Made by a program: the position numbers and the translations under genes. A stretch of 64,000 nucleotides of DNA from Patescibacteria group bacterium (GTDB taxonomy: Bacteria; Patescibacteriota; Doudnabacteria; UBA920; VMFF01). The notes beneath the pieces were generated by a model. That model worked only from the letters and a program-made list of their open reading frames with translations. It made no database searches and was not told where the DNA came from. Each line of letters starts with the position of its first letter. Position 1 is the first letter of the stretch. Location of the stretch: positions 76,207-140,206 of the forward strand of contig JBBTQQ010000001.1 in assembly GCA_038065615.1 (NCBI GenBank), in the 5' to 3' direction. Below, in pieces: positions 10,108 through 18,472 of this stretch.

Positions 10108-10434
10108 TTAAATTGCTTTCTTGCATTTCTTGCAGATTCTCTGCTTCTTACCATCTTCTAAAATCTGATGACCAATTCTTGTTCCTTTAGCACAGTTTGG
10201 ACATACCAAGATTAACTTAGAAGGTGACATTGGTGCTGGAAAAGTAATCTTCTGTCCAGGCTTACCAGTGTGTTTCTTTTCAAATCTTGTATGCATGTTA
10301 ATAGCTTCAACCGTTACTCTCATGGTTTTTCTATCAACAGAAATGACTTTGCCTGTTTTGCCTTTATCTTTTCCGACTAAAACCGCAACATTATCGCCTT
10401 TCTTTAAATTTGTGTTCTTTATGACTGTAAACAT
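10108..10434 (-). CDS. rplX: 50S ribosomal protein L24 (uL24) with C-terminal Cys4 zinc-ribbon extension
   Basis: KOW-domain N-terminus (GDNVAVLVGKDKGKTGKV) plus a C-terminal CPNC...CKKC tail. Confidence 0.85.
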   Translation of the reverse strand: MFTVIKNTNLKKGDNVAVLVGKDKGKTGKVISVDRKTMRVTVEAINMHTRFEKKHTGKPGQKITFPAPMSPSKLILVCPNCAKGTRIGHQILEDGKKQRICKKCKKAI

Positions 10435-10435
10435 A

Positions 10436-10807
10436 TTAGATTACCTCTGGTGCTAAGCTGATAATTTTAGAAAACCCTTTATCTCTCAATTCTCTTGGAA
10501 TTGGTCCAAAGATACGTGTGCCTTTTGGCTCAACTGAATCTTTGCTTACCAAAACACCGGCATTGTCATCAAAACGAATGTAAGATCCATCTTTTCTGCG
10601 AACTTCTTTTCTGGTACGGACAATAACTGCGTAGACTTTGTCGCCTTTCTTAACTTGGCCTTTTGGAGCTGATTCTTTTACAGAACCAACAATAATATCA
10701 CCTATGCGAGCATAGCGGCTAGCATTTTTGCCATTGACTGAAAACACTGCAACTATCTTTGCTCCTGTGTTATCCGCAATTTTTATCCATGATCTTACTT
10801 GTAACAT
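10436..10807 (-). CDS. rplN: 50S ribosomal protein L14 (uL14)
   Basis: 123 aa. [18 protein letters not shown]-terminus is the L14 signature. Confidence 0.9.
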   Translation of the reverse strand: MLQVRSWIKIADNTGAKIVAVFSVNGKNASRYARIGDIIVGSVKESAPKGQVKKGDKVYAVIVRTRKEVRRKDGSYIRFDDNAGVLVSKDSVEPKGTRIFGPIPRELRDKGFSKIISLAPEVI

Positions 10808-10811
10808 ATTA

Positions 10812-11054
10812 TTAGCTAATCTTTCTAATTACTTTAAAATGCTTGTCTTTAGACATTGGCTTTGTTTCTTCAATTTCAACCTTGTCGCCAATATGGTATT
10901 CATTGTTCTCTGAGTGTGCTTTGAACTTGCTTGAAACTTTGTAGCTCTTCTTATATTTTGGGTGGCGCTTCAAAGAGTCAACTTTAACAACAACGGTCTT
11001 ATCCATCTTGTCTGAAGTCACTGTTCCAATTTTTGTTCTTTTTACTTGATCCAT
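10812..11054 (-). CDS. rpsQ: 30S ribosomal protein S17 (uS17)
   Basis: 80 aa. OB-fold with [14 protein letters not shown]. Confidence 0.9.
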   Translation of the reverse strand: MDQVKRTKIGTVTSDKMDKTVVVKVDSLKRHPKYKKSYKVSSKFKAHSENNEYHIGDKVEIEETKPMSKDKHFKVIRKIS

Positions 11055-11063
11055 ATATTTAAA

Positions 11064-11270
11064 TTACTTAGATTGCTTAGAACGTTGTGTTAATACTGTT
11101 AGAATTCTTGCGATAGTTTTCTTAACTTTAGAAAGCTCGCTGTGATTCTTTAATTCACCTGAATTAAGCTTGAAGCGCATTTCTCTGCTTTGTTCCTGAA
11201 GTGCTGAAAGGTCTTTGCGCAACTCCTCGTCATTCTTTACTTTTAATTCTTTGATATCCATATTAGTCAT
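11064..11270 (-). CDS. rpmC: 50S ribosomal protein L29 (uL29)
   Basis: 68 aa helical protein with an ELKxKxxxELxxxLxxL pattern. Overlaps the rplP stop by 8 nt. Confidence 0.85.
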   Translation of the reverse strand: MTNMDIKELKVKNDEELRKDLSALQEQSREMRFKLNSGELKNHSELSKVKKTIARILTVLTQRSKQSK

Positions 11271-11673
11271 TCTTAGTTATGAACTTAGTCTTTATAGGCA
11301 GTTTGTATGATGCCAATCGCATAGCTTCTTTTGCTAGTTCCAAAGGAACTCCATCCATCTCAAACAAAATCTTTCCGCGTTTTACAACTGCTACGAAGTG
11401 GTCAACTGCACCTTTTCCTCCACCCATTGGAGATTCATTACCGTGTACTGTAACTGGTTTGTCTGAAAATACTCTGATCCAAACTTTACCACCTCTTTGG
11501 ATGTATCTGGTCATAGCTCTTCTGGCAGCTTCAATCTGTCTTGCTGTTACCCAAGAGTTTTCATATGCTTTTAAAGCATATGCGCCAAAAGCAATTTCGT
11601 TTCCTGCCATTGCTTTACCTTTGGTATGACCGCGGTGATGTTTGCGGTGTTTAAGTTTTTTAGGAATCATCAT
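11263..11673 (-). CDS. rplP: 50S ribosomal protein L16 (uL16)
   Basis: 136 aa. [15 protein letters not shown]-terminus and RMGGGKG motif. Confidence 0.9.
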   Translation of the reverse strand: MMIPKKLKHRKHHRGHTKGKAMAGNEIAFGAYALKAYENSWVTARQIEAARRAMTRYIQRGGKVWIRVFSDKPVTVHGNESPMGGGKGAVDHFVAVVKRGKILFEMDGVPLELAKEAMRLASYKLPIKTKFITKND

Positions 11674-11686
11674 ATGGTTATATAAA

Positions 11687-12379
11687 TTACTTTACTTCTC
11701 TCTTTGGTCTAAATGCTGGTCTTGGTGCTTCTGCTGTGTTTACTTTCTCAAAAACTTCACCTTTGTTAATCCAAACTTTTACGCCAATTGTTCCGTAAGT
11801 TGTAAATGCTGTTGCTTTTGCAAAATCAATATTAGCTCTTAGAGTATGTAAAGGAAGTTTTCCTTGGGAGAGCCATTCTGTACGAGCGATTTCAGCTCCA
11901 CCCAAGCGTCCACCAGTTGCAATCTTAACACCCTTTGCTCCTGCATTCATGATCTGTTCAATTGATTGCTTCATTAATCTTCTGTAGGAAACACGCTTTT
12001 CAAGAGAGTCTGCAATGTTTTGAGCAATAACAGCTGCTTGAAGGTTGATGTCTCTTACCTCTTCAATGTTTACTTTAACGTCTTTCTTTAAGCCGATCTT
12101 TGCTTTGAGTTTCTTCTTTAAATCTTCAATACCATTACCACCTTTACCGATTATCATGCCTGGCTTTGTTGATTTGATGATTACTGTAACTCCTCCGTCG
12201 TTTAAACGCTCAATATCAATTCTAACTAATCCTGCTTTTTTCAAGAGGTTGTTTAAGTATTCACGAATGCGGACATCTTCACGCAAGGTTTGCGCAAAGT
12301 GAGTCTTGGAAAACCATCTGGACTTCCAAGTCTCAGTAATGTTCATTCTAAAGCTTGTTGGGGAAATTTTATGTCCCAT
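11687..12379 (-). CDS. rpsC: 30S ribosomal protein S3 (uS3)
   Basis: 230 aa. [12 protein letters not shown]-terminus and KH domain. Confidence 0.9.
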   Translation of the reverse strand: MGHKISPTSFRMNITETWKSRWFSKTHFAQTLREDVRIREYLNNLLKKAGLVRIDIERLNDGGVTVIIKSTKPGMIIGKGGNGIEDLKKKLKAKIGLKKDVKVNIEEVRDINLQAAVIAQNIADSLEKRVSYRRLMKQSIEQIMNAGAKGVKIATGGRLGGAEIARTEWLSQGKLPLHTLRANIDFAKATAFTTYGTIGVKVWINKGEVFEKVNTAEAPRPAFRPKREVK

Positions 12380-12389
12380 ATGTTTCTAA

Positions 12390-12968
12390 TTAAACTCCGC
12401 TCTTTCTATTAAATAGTCTACGCTTTTGGGTAACAGTGCTCTTTTTAATATCCTGCTCCCCTTTATCAACTTGATTACGAACTCCTGGCTTGTTAACCTC
12501 TTCTGATAGTTCTTCTTTAGAAGTCTTTGCTTCTGTTGGTTTTTCTGCCTTTACTTTCTTCTCGAATCCAAGTCCTGCAATAGTGTGTTTTGCTTTACCA
12601 TCTCTTTCTTCTAAAAGAACATTAATATGACTAAAAGGTTTTCTTAATTCAGATGCGCGTCCTTGTGCTCTTGGCATGTAACGCTTTAACTTTGGTCCGC
12701 CATCTACTGTAATGGTTTTAATATACAAACTTTCTTTTTTTAAGTTAAAGTTGTTAGAACCATTTGAAATTGCTGATCTAATAACATCGGCAATGACTGC
12801 AGAAGCTTTCTTGCTTACAAAACGAAGCTGAACTAAAGCATCCAAAGCATACATGTTTTTTACAAGGTTAGTTACCAAGCGTGCTTTGCGTGGGCTAATT
12901 CTTACAAAACGAGCATGTGCTTCAGCTGTTTTAATAATATTCTTTTTTTCTGTGGTCTTCTTTGCCAT
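12390..12968 (-). CDS. rplV: 50S ribosomal protein L22 (uL22) with long charged C-terminal extension
   Basis: uL22 core (ISPRKARLV...) followed by about 70 extra Lys/Glu-rich residues. 192 aa, versus about 110 typical. Confidence 0.85.
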   Translation of the reverse strand: MAKKTTEKKNIIKTAEAHARFVRISPRKARLVTNLVKNMYALDALVQLRFVSKKASAVIADVIRSAISNGSNNFNLKKESLYIKTITVDGGPKLKRYMPRAQGRASELRKPFSHINVLLEERDGKAKHTIAGLGFEKKVKAEKPTEAKTSKEELSEEVNKPGVRNQVDKGEQDIKKSTVTQKRRLFNRKSGV

Positions 12969-12984
12969 ATATATTAAATATCAG

Positions 12985-13317
12985 TTATTTCTTTTTCTCT
13001 GGTTCTTTTACTTCTTGCATCTTTGCTTTTTCTGCTTGAGCTGCTGCTGCTTCCTGTTCTTTTGCCATCCTACCACCATGTCTGAAGAACTTACGTGTAG
13101 GAGAAAACTCACCAAGCTTGTGTCCTACCATGTTTTCTGTAACAAAAACTGGTAAATGGATTTTTCCGTTATGTACTTCAAAAGTAAAGCCGACCATTTC
13201 TGGGAAAATAGTTGATTCACGAGACCAGGTCTTGAACTTAGATCCAGGTTTTGCACCCACTAATCTTTTCAAGATTCTTTCGTCTATATATGCGCCTTTT
13301 TTAAGTGAACGTGACAT
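12985..13317 (-). CDS. rpsS: 30S ribosomal protein S19 (uS19)
   Basis: [12 protein letters not shown]...HNGK...VGHKLGEF signature plus a Lys/Ala-rich C-terminal tail. Confidence 0.9.
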   Translation of the reverse strand: MSRSLKKGAYIDERILKRLVGAKPGSKFKTWSRESTIFPEMVGFTFEVHNGKIHLPVFVTENMVGHKLGEFSPTRKFFRHGGRMAKEQEAAAAQAEKAKMQEVKEPEKKK

Positions 13318-13318
13318 A

Positions 13319-14155
13319 TTATTGGTATCTTCTCTTAACTATAAACTTGGAGCTTGGCTTTTTCTTGTCTCTGGTTCTAACACCCAAAGCATGTTTGCCC
13401 CATGGGGTCTTTGGATATTTCATACCGATTGGGTTATGACCTTCTCCTCCACCGTGTGGGTGGTCTACAGGGTTCATTGCTTTACCTCTGACAGTTGGTC
13501 TTCTACCCATTAATCTAACTCTTCCTGCTTTCCCGATTCTTACATTCATCCAATCAGTGTTTGAAACCTGACCCATTGTTGCCATGCTATTTTCAGAAAC
13601 CTTACGAATTTCTCCGCTTGGCATTTTTAATAAAGCATAACCATCTTCAACTGTTTGTAAAACTGCATAACTACCAGCACTTCTTGCTACGGCTCCCTTT
13701 TTTCCAGGAATGAGTTCAACATCGTGAACAAAAGATCCTGCAGGGATGTGCTTAATTAACATTCTGTTGCCTAGCTGTGGTTCTGCTTTTACTGAAGTAA
13801 TAACTGTCTGACCAACTTTCAAACCATGTGGTGTTATTATGAATCTCTTTTCTCCGTCTTTGTATGAAAGTAGAGAAAGGAAAGAAGATCTGCCCGGTGC
13901 GTATTCAACGCTTAATACCTTTGCTGGTATGTCCATTTTATCAGCACGAGAGTAGTCAACAATACGAACGATTTTCTTGAAACCACCACCTCTATGACGG
14001 ACTGTAATCTTACCGGAGAAGTTTCTTCCACCACTCTTTGATTTTGAGAGCATCAAATTCTTTGGAGTCTTTGCGCTCTTGTTCAAAACAGAGTAATCAG
14101 TTACTGAATGAATTCTTCGTCCGCTGCTAGTTGGTTTGTAGAGTTTAACTGCCAT
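13319..14155 (-). CDS. rplB: 50S ribosomal protein L2 (uL2)
   Basis: 278 aa. Conserved GRNxxGxITxRHRGGG and HPHGGGEG motifs. Confidence 0.95.
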   Translation of the reverse strand: MAVKLYKPTSSGRRIHSVTDYSVLNKSAKTPKNLMLSKSKSGGRNFSGKITVRHRGGGFKKIVRIVDYSRADKMDIPAKVLSVEYAPGRSSFLSLLSYKDGEKRFIITPHGLKVGQTVITSVKAEPQLGNRMLIKHIPAGSFVHDVELIPGKKGAVARSAGSYAVLQTVEDGYALLKMPSGEIRKVSENSMATMGQVSNTDWMNVRIGKAGRVRLMGRRPTVRGKAMNPVDHPHGGGEGHNPIGMKYPKTPWGKHALGVRTRDKKKPSSKFIVKRRYQ

Positions 14156-14175
14156 AATCCTTAAGTTATTCTAGG

Positions 14176-14556
14176 CTAATTAGCCTGAGCAATTGTGTTT
14201 CCTGGTTTTAATGTTACAACTGCTTTCTTCCAATCAGATGTTCTACCCGCAATCTTTCCGCGATTTACTATCTTACCCTTCACTGTGATTATATTAACGC
14301 GCAAAACTTTAACATCATATACTTTTTCAACTGCGTTTCTAACTGAAATCTTGTTTGCTTTCTTGTTGACTTTAAAAACATACTGGCCTTTTTCCATTCC
14401 TTTGAAGCTTTTTTCTGTAACCAAAGGCTTAACTAAAATCTTGTAAGCATCGCCAGTGTTTTCCTTGGACTTTGCTTTGGTTTCAGACACTTTCAAATCA
14501 GCCGTTTCTGGCTTCTTTGCTTCTTTTTCAGTTTTGTCTTTTCCAAATATTGCCAT
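14176..14556 (-). CDS. rplW: 50S ribosomal protein L23 (uL23) with N-terminal extension
   Basis: uL23 core (ILVKPLVTEKS...VNKKANKISVRNAVEKVYDVKV) preceded by about 30 charged residues. Confidence 0.85.
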   Translation of the reverse strand: MAIFGKDKTEKEAKKPETADLKVSETKAKSKENTGDAYKILVKPLVTEKSFKGMEKGQYVFKVNKKANKISVRNAVEKVYDVKVLRVNIITVKGKIVNRGKIAGRTSDWKKAVVTLKPGNTIAQAN

Positions 14557-14566
14557 TGCTTTTAAA

Positions 14567-15208
14567 TTACTTTAAATATGTCTTCTCAATTATTGATAAT
14601 GATGCTTGCGAAGTAATGACCGCGTCTGAATTCATGATATCAACAACGTTTAAGCTGTTTGCAAAGATTACCTTTACGTTCTTTAAGTTTCTTGCTGATT
14701 TAACAATCCCTTCATCATTCTTTGGAATGACTACTAAGAACTTCTTTGCAGACTTTGATATATTCTTTGAAATATTGTTTAACCAAGCGCTCATTTCTTT
14801 AGTCTTTGGGGTCTTCATTTCTAATTCAGAAAAAACTAAGAAATTATTTTCAGAAGCCTTGTCAGACAAGGTCATGTACAATGCTTTTCTCCACTGCTTC
14901 TGGTTCATCTTTAATTCATGGTTGCGATTTGCGCGAGGTCCAAAAGTAATACCACCATGTCTCCAGATTGGGGATCTAATAGATCCGGCTCTAGCATTAC
15001 CAGTTCCCTTTTGTTTCCATGGTTTCCTTCCACCACCGCGAACTTCTCCGCGAGTCTTTGTGTTTGCAGAACCTTGGCGGGCATTAGCAAGTTGAATTCT
15101 AACTGCTAACTGAATCAATTCTACAACAGGAGTAATTTCAAAAATCTTTGGATTTAATTCCAATTCTCCTGCTTGCTCTAGTTTCTGATTATATACTGTG
15201 GTCTTCAT
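14567..15208 (-). CDS. rplD: 50S ribosomal protein L4 (uL4)
   Basis: 213 aa. uL4 fold with a Gly/Arg-rich loop (RGGGRKPWKQKGTGNARAGS). Confidence 0.9.
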   Translation of the reverse strand: MKTTVYNQKLEQAGELELNPKIFEITPVVELIQLAVRIQLANARQGSANTKTRGEVRGGGRKPWKQKGTGNARAGSIRSPIWRHGGITFGPRANRNHELKMNQKQWRKALYMTLSDKASENNFLVFSELEMKTPKTKEMSAWLNNISKNISKSAKKFLVVIPKNDEGIVKSARNLKNVKVIFANSLNVVDIMNSDAVITSQASLSIIEKTYLK

Positions 15209-15211
15209 ATG

Positions 15212-15868
15212 CTATTTCTTCTTTTCTTTCTTTTCAGTTCTCTTAACTTCCAAATCCTTAATCTTTCCTGTTGAAACAATTTCAACAAGACCGTTTCTGT
15301 GTCCAGGAACAGCGCCTTTAACAGCGATTAAGCTTCTCTTTGGATCAATATCAACGATTTGTAAGTTTTTAACAGTAACACCAACGCCACCCATTCTTCC
15401 TGCCATTCTTAAACCTTTGCGAACGTGTTGTGGAAAACGTTGACCAATAGAACCGACAGCGCGTGGCTTGTCGTGTCCGTGAGATGCAGGCATACCAGCA
15501 AAACCGTGTCTCTTAACTGCACCAGCAAAACCGCGGCCTTTCATAATGCCGGTTACATGGACCATCTCGCCTACTTGGAAATCAGCAATATCGATTTTTT
15601 TACCAACTTCAAACTGAGCAAGATCTTTAACTTTAAACTCTTTCAAAACAGCAAAATTGCCCAACCCCTTAAAGTGGCCGGCCAATGCTTTTGAATGATT
15701 CTTCTTTTTTCCATATCCAACCTGGACTGCTTCGTATTTATCCTTTTCTTTGCTCTTAATCTGAGTAACAATAACAGGGCCAGCGTGTAAAATGGTTACG
15801 GGAATAGCTAACCCTGATTCCAGGAAGTAAGAAGACATATTAAGTTTTTTTGCTATTGTGAACTTCAT
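15212..15868 (-). CDS. rplC: 50S ribosomal protein L3 (uL3)
   Basis: uL3 begins MKFTIAKK... at the internal ATG (15868..15866). The ORF caller's 16-codon extension (MILPVKWLVLVFCLKT) is unlikely. An alternative start at 15916 is possible. Confidence 0.8.
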   Translation of the reverse strand: MKFTIAKKLNMSSYFLESGLAIPVTILHAGPVIVTQIKSKEKDKYEAVQVGYGKKKNHSKALAGHFKGLGNFAVLKEFKVKDLAQFEVGKKIDIADFQVGEMVHVTGIMKGRGFAGAVKRHGFAGMPASHGHDKPRAVGSIGQRFPQHVRKGLRMAGRMGGVGVTVKNLQIVDIDPKRSLIAVKGAVPGHRNGLVEIVSTGKIKDLEVKRTEKKEKKK

Positions 15869-15884
15869 TGTTTTTAAACAAAAA

Positions 15885-15950
15885 ACCAAGACGAGCCACT
15901 TGACCGGAAGAATCAATAGTTATTGATTCTCGGCAAACGAACCGTCTTGG
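15885..15950 (-). promoter_or_regulatory. nested stem-loop RNA element about 17 nt upstream of the rplC start (possible translational operator or processing site)
   Basis: Outer 8-bp stem ccaagacg(15885-92)/cgtcttgg(15943-50) encloses an inner 8-bp hairpin gaatcaat/attgattc (15910-15929). It lies in the unusually long (about 190 nt) rpsJ-rplC spacer. A second hairpin gcagc-N7-gctgc sits at 15976-15992. Confidence 0.35.
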
Positions 15951-16106
15951 TTCTTTAAAGTGTTTTCGTTGTGATGCAGCTTTTTAAGCTGCGGGGAAAG
16001 TTTTTAATCTTCTCTTAGAACTTTGTTGGTTCAGAAGTTATCCTTACTTGGAACTATTCTGTAACAACTCATTCTATTTTGTTTTGAGCTCTAAAGCCCC
16101 GACAAT

Positions 16107-16424
16107 CTAATTCATCTTTATCTCAACATCTACTCCAGCTGGAAGATTCAAATTTGTTAATGAATCTACTGTTTTAGGTGTTGGATCTGTAATATCAATT
16201 AATCTCTTATGAACACGCATTTCAAACTGTTCTCGGCTATCCTTGTGCACAAAAGTTGAACGAAGTACCGTGTACTTGGTTTTTTCAGTTGGCAAAGGAA
16301 TAGGACCGGTGATAGTTGCTCCGCTTCTCTTTGCGGTGTCTACAATCTGTTTTGCAGACTGATCAATCAATTTGTGGTCGTATGCTTTGATCTTTATTCT
16401 GATCTTGCTTTTAGAAGCGTCCAT
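16107..16424 (-). CDS. rpsJ: 30S ribosomal protein S10 (uS10)
   Basis: 105 aa. [14 protein letters not shown]...[13 protein letters not shown] signature. Confidence 0.9.
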   Translation of the reverse strand: MDASKSKIRIKIKAYDHKLIDQSAKQIVDTAKRSGATITGPIPLPTEKTKYTVLRSTFVHKDSREQFEMRVHKRLIDITDPTPKTVDSLTNLNLPAGVDVEIKMN

Positions 16425-16469
16425 TTTTGCTGTGTTAAGTTGCGGGATTAGTTGATTAATTACTTGCTT

Positions 16470-16498
16470 ATTTTAAACTAAAGCCTTGCTTTTGTCAA
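16470..16498 (-). promoter_or_regulatory. sigma70-like promoter for the S10 operon
   Basis: Minus-strand TTGACA (16498-16493), 17-nt spacer, TAAAAT (16475-16470). About 40 nt upstream of the rpsJ ATG. Confidence 0.5.
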
Positions 16499-16515
16499 AG
16501 AGGTCAGAAAATACC

Positions 16516-16851
16516 CTAAGAAACAATTTTTGGGGCTTTTCTTCTAACCCCAACAATCTGCTTGTTTTCATCTAAAATGAGCTCTAAGAAAGGTAAACCC
16601 ATGAATTCAACATATTTAAATCTAGCTAAGATGTCATCTTCCCCTTTGTTCTCTAGATACGAGTTCAACATTACACAGGTAGCGCCTGTGTCTACCAAAA
16701 CATCAATAGCATGGGCTAATTCTTCGTTTTTGTTATCTTTCTCCCAATTAGCAATTGCATCGTTTATTGCATCACTCTCTGTTAGCTCAGCATTCAATGC
16801 TGGCATAGTATTGAGCTCTTTTTCAAGATTTGTTTGATGCTCTCTGTTCAT
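16516..16851 (-). CDS. hypothetical acidic protein (orphan gene between tuf and rpsJ)
   Basis: 111 aa ORF with no recognisable motif. Its start codon abuts the U-tract of the tuf terminator. Confidence 0.35.
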   Translation of the reverse strand: MNREHQTNLEKELNTMPALNAELTESDAINDAIANWEKDNKNEELAHAIDVLVDTGATCVMLNSYLENKGEDDILARFKYVEFMGLPFLELILDENKQIVGVRRKAPKIVS

Positions 16852-16888
16852 AGAGTTTAAAAGAGACCCCTAAAACAAGGGGTCTCTT
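16851..16888 (-). terminator. rho-independent terminator downstream of tuf
   Basis: Hairpin agagacccc-N8-ggggtctct (16862-16887) followed on the minus strand by a tttaaa U-rich run. Confidence 0.6.
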
Positions 16889-16901
16889 TAAATTACATAG
16901 A

Positions 16902-18092
16902 TTACTTAGTGATCTTTGTTACAACACCTGCACCAACTGTGTGACCACCTTCGCGGATAGCGAAGCGGAGCTTATCTTCCAAAGCAACAGGGGTAATCAA
17001 TTTAACATTGATCTTAACTGTATCACCAGGCATTACCATTTCCTGACCTTCTGGCAAAATAACTTCACCAGTAACGTCAGTTGTTCTGATGTAGAACTGT
17101 GGTTTGTAACCCTTGAAGAATGGGGTATGTCTACCACCTTCTTCTTTGGTTAAAATGTATACTTCACCTTCAAACTCTGAGTGTGGAGTAACAGATCCTG
17201 GCTTTGCCAAAACCTGTCCACGTTCAACTTCATCTTTCTTAGTACCACGAAGCAAAATACCTGCGTTGTCACCAGCTTGACCTTCGTCCAACTGTTTGTT
17301 GAACATTTCAATACCAGTAACTGTGGTTTTGCTTGTTGGGCGAATACCGATGATTTCGATTTCTTCACCAATTTTGACCATACCTCTCTCAATTCTACCG
17401 GTAACAACTGTTCCGCGGCCTTCAATTGAGAAGATGTCTTCAATAGGCATTAAGAACGGCTTGTCTGTTTGTCTGACTGGGTCTGGGATAAATGTATCCA
17501 AGGCTTCAATAAGCTTTACGATGGATGGCTCACCCATTTCTGAGGTGTCACCTTCCAAGGCTTTCAAAGCAGAACCACGAATGATTGGAGTGCTCTTTCC
17601 GTCATAGTGATACTTAGTCAACAAATCACGAATTTCTTCTTCAACTAAATCCAAGAGTTCTTTGTCTTGAACCATATCACACTTGTTCATGTAAACAACA
17701 ATGTGTGGCACACCAACCTGGTATGCGAGCAAGATGTGCTCTCTTGTCTGAGGCATTGGACCATCAGTTGCAGAAACAACCAAGATAGCGCCGTCCATTT
17801 GAGCAGCACCAGTGATCATGTTCTTTACGTAGTCTGCGTGACCTGGACAGTCAACGTGAGCATAGTGTCTCTTATCAGATTCGTATTCTGCGTGAGAGGT
17901 GTTAATAGTAATACCGCGTGCCTTTTCCTCTGGAGCATTGTCAATGCTGTCATATGCACGAGCTTTAGCCTTGCCTGATTTGGCAAGAACTGTAGTAATA
18001 GCTGCAGTCAAAGTAGTCTTACCGTGGTCGACGTGACCAATGGTTCCGACGTTGACGTGCACCTTATTACGTTCAAACTTTCCTTCTGCCAT
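16902..18092 (-). CDS. tuf: elongation factor Tu
   Basis: 396 aa. [17 protein letters not shown] and NKCD GTPase motifs, near-identical to canonical EF-Tu. Confidence 0.97.
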   Translation of the reverse strand: MAEGKFERNKVHVNVGTIGHVDHGKTTLTAAITTVLAKSGKAKARAYDSIDNAPEEKARGITINTSHAEYESDKRHYAHVDCPGHADYVKNMITGAAQMDGAILVVSATDGPMPQTREHILLAYQVGVPHIVVYMNKCDMVQDKELLDLVEEEIRDLLTKYHYDGKSTPIIRGSALKALEGDTSEMGEPSIVKLIEALDTFIPDPVRQTDKPFLMPIEDIFSIEGRGTVVTGRIERGMVKIGEEIEIIGIRPTSKTTVTGIEMFNKQLDEGQAGDNAGILLRGTKKDEVERGQVLAKPGSVTPHSEFEGEVYILTKEEGGRHTPFFKGYKPQFYIRTTDVTGEVILPEGQEMVMPGDTVKINVKLITPVALEDKLRFAIREGGHTVGAGVVTKITK

Positions 18093-18193
18093 TGTGCTTT
18101 CCTTTACTGCCCGAGCTTTACAGCTCTCCAGGGCATTACAATTAATTATTTTTATGGGGAAATAAAATTACGCATTATGTATAACGCGTAAAG

Positions 18194-18222
18194 ATATTAA
18201 CAAATTTGCCCCTTTTTGTCAA
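18194..18222 (-). promoter_or_regulatory. strong sigma70-like promoter for tuf
   Basis: Minus-strand TTGACA (18222-18217), 17-nt spacer, TAATAT (18199-18194). About 100 nt upstream of the tuf ATG. Confidence 0.6.
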
Positions 18223-18256
18223 AACTCAAGGATTTGTCCACACCTGTGGAATGTCG

Positions 18257-18469
18257 CTATTCTAGCTCAGTCACAGCCTCTGATAACTCTCGATCAGCCC
18301 ATGCTTCCGTGTGCTGCATTTCCTTACTCAATGCCGCCAGATTAACATCTGACTCCCTAATATCCTTATCTAACTCGTCTATCAACGCCGCAGTCTTATG
18401 CATGAACTGGGCATTTGCCTGTTTTAGGTTATCACTTAAGCTATTTAATTCTTGTGTTGTGGTATCCAT
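18257..18469 (-). CDS. hypothetical small helical protein (70 aa)
   Basis: ORF lying 3 nt downstream of the 687-aa gene, so probably co-transcribed. Helical/charged composition. Confidence 0.4.
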   Translation of the reverse strand: MDTTTQELNSLSDNLKQANAQFMHKTAALIDELDKDIRESDVNLAALSKEMQHTEAWADRELSEAVTELE

Positions 18470-18472
18470 AAA

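Noticed and set aside
14472-15095. 207-aa plus-strand ORF (and many similar 60-170-aa plus-strand ORFs between 2 kb and 24 kb).
   Set aside because: These are antisense to highly conserved ribosomal-protein, tuf, fusA and secY genes and have low-complexity composition. They are shadow ORFs of the minus-strand genes.
15212-15916. Longer rplC ORF starting MILPVKWLVLVFCLKT.
   Set aside because: uL3 proteins begin MKF...; the internal ATG at 15868 gives the conserved N-terminus. The 16 extra codons are hydrophobic and unconserved. It cannot be fully excluded because no SD is visible for either start.
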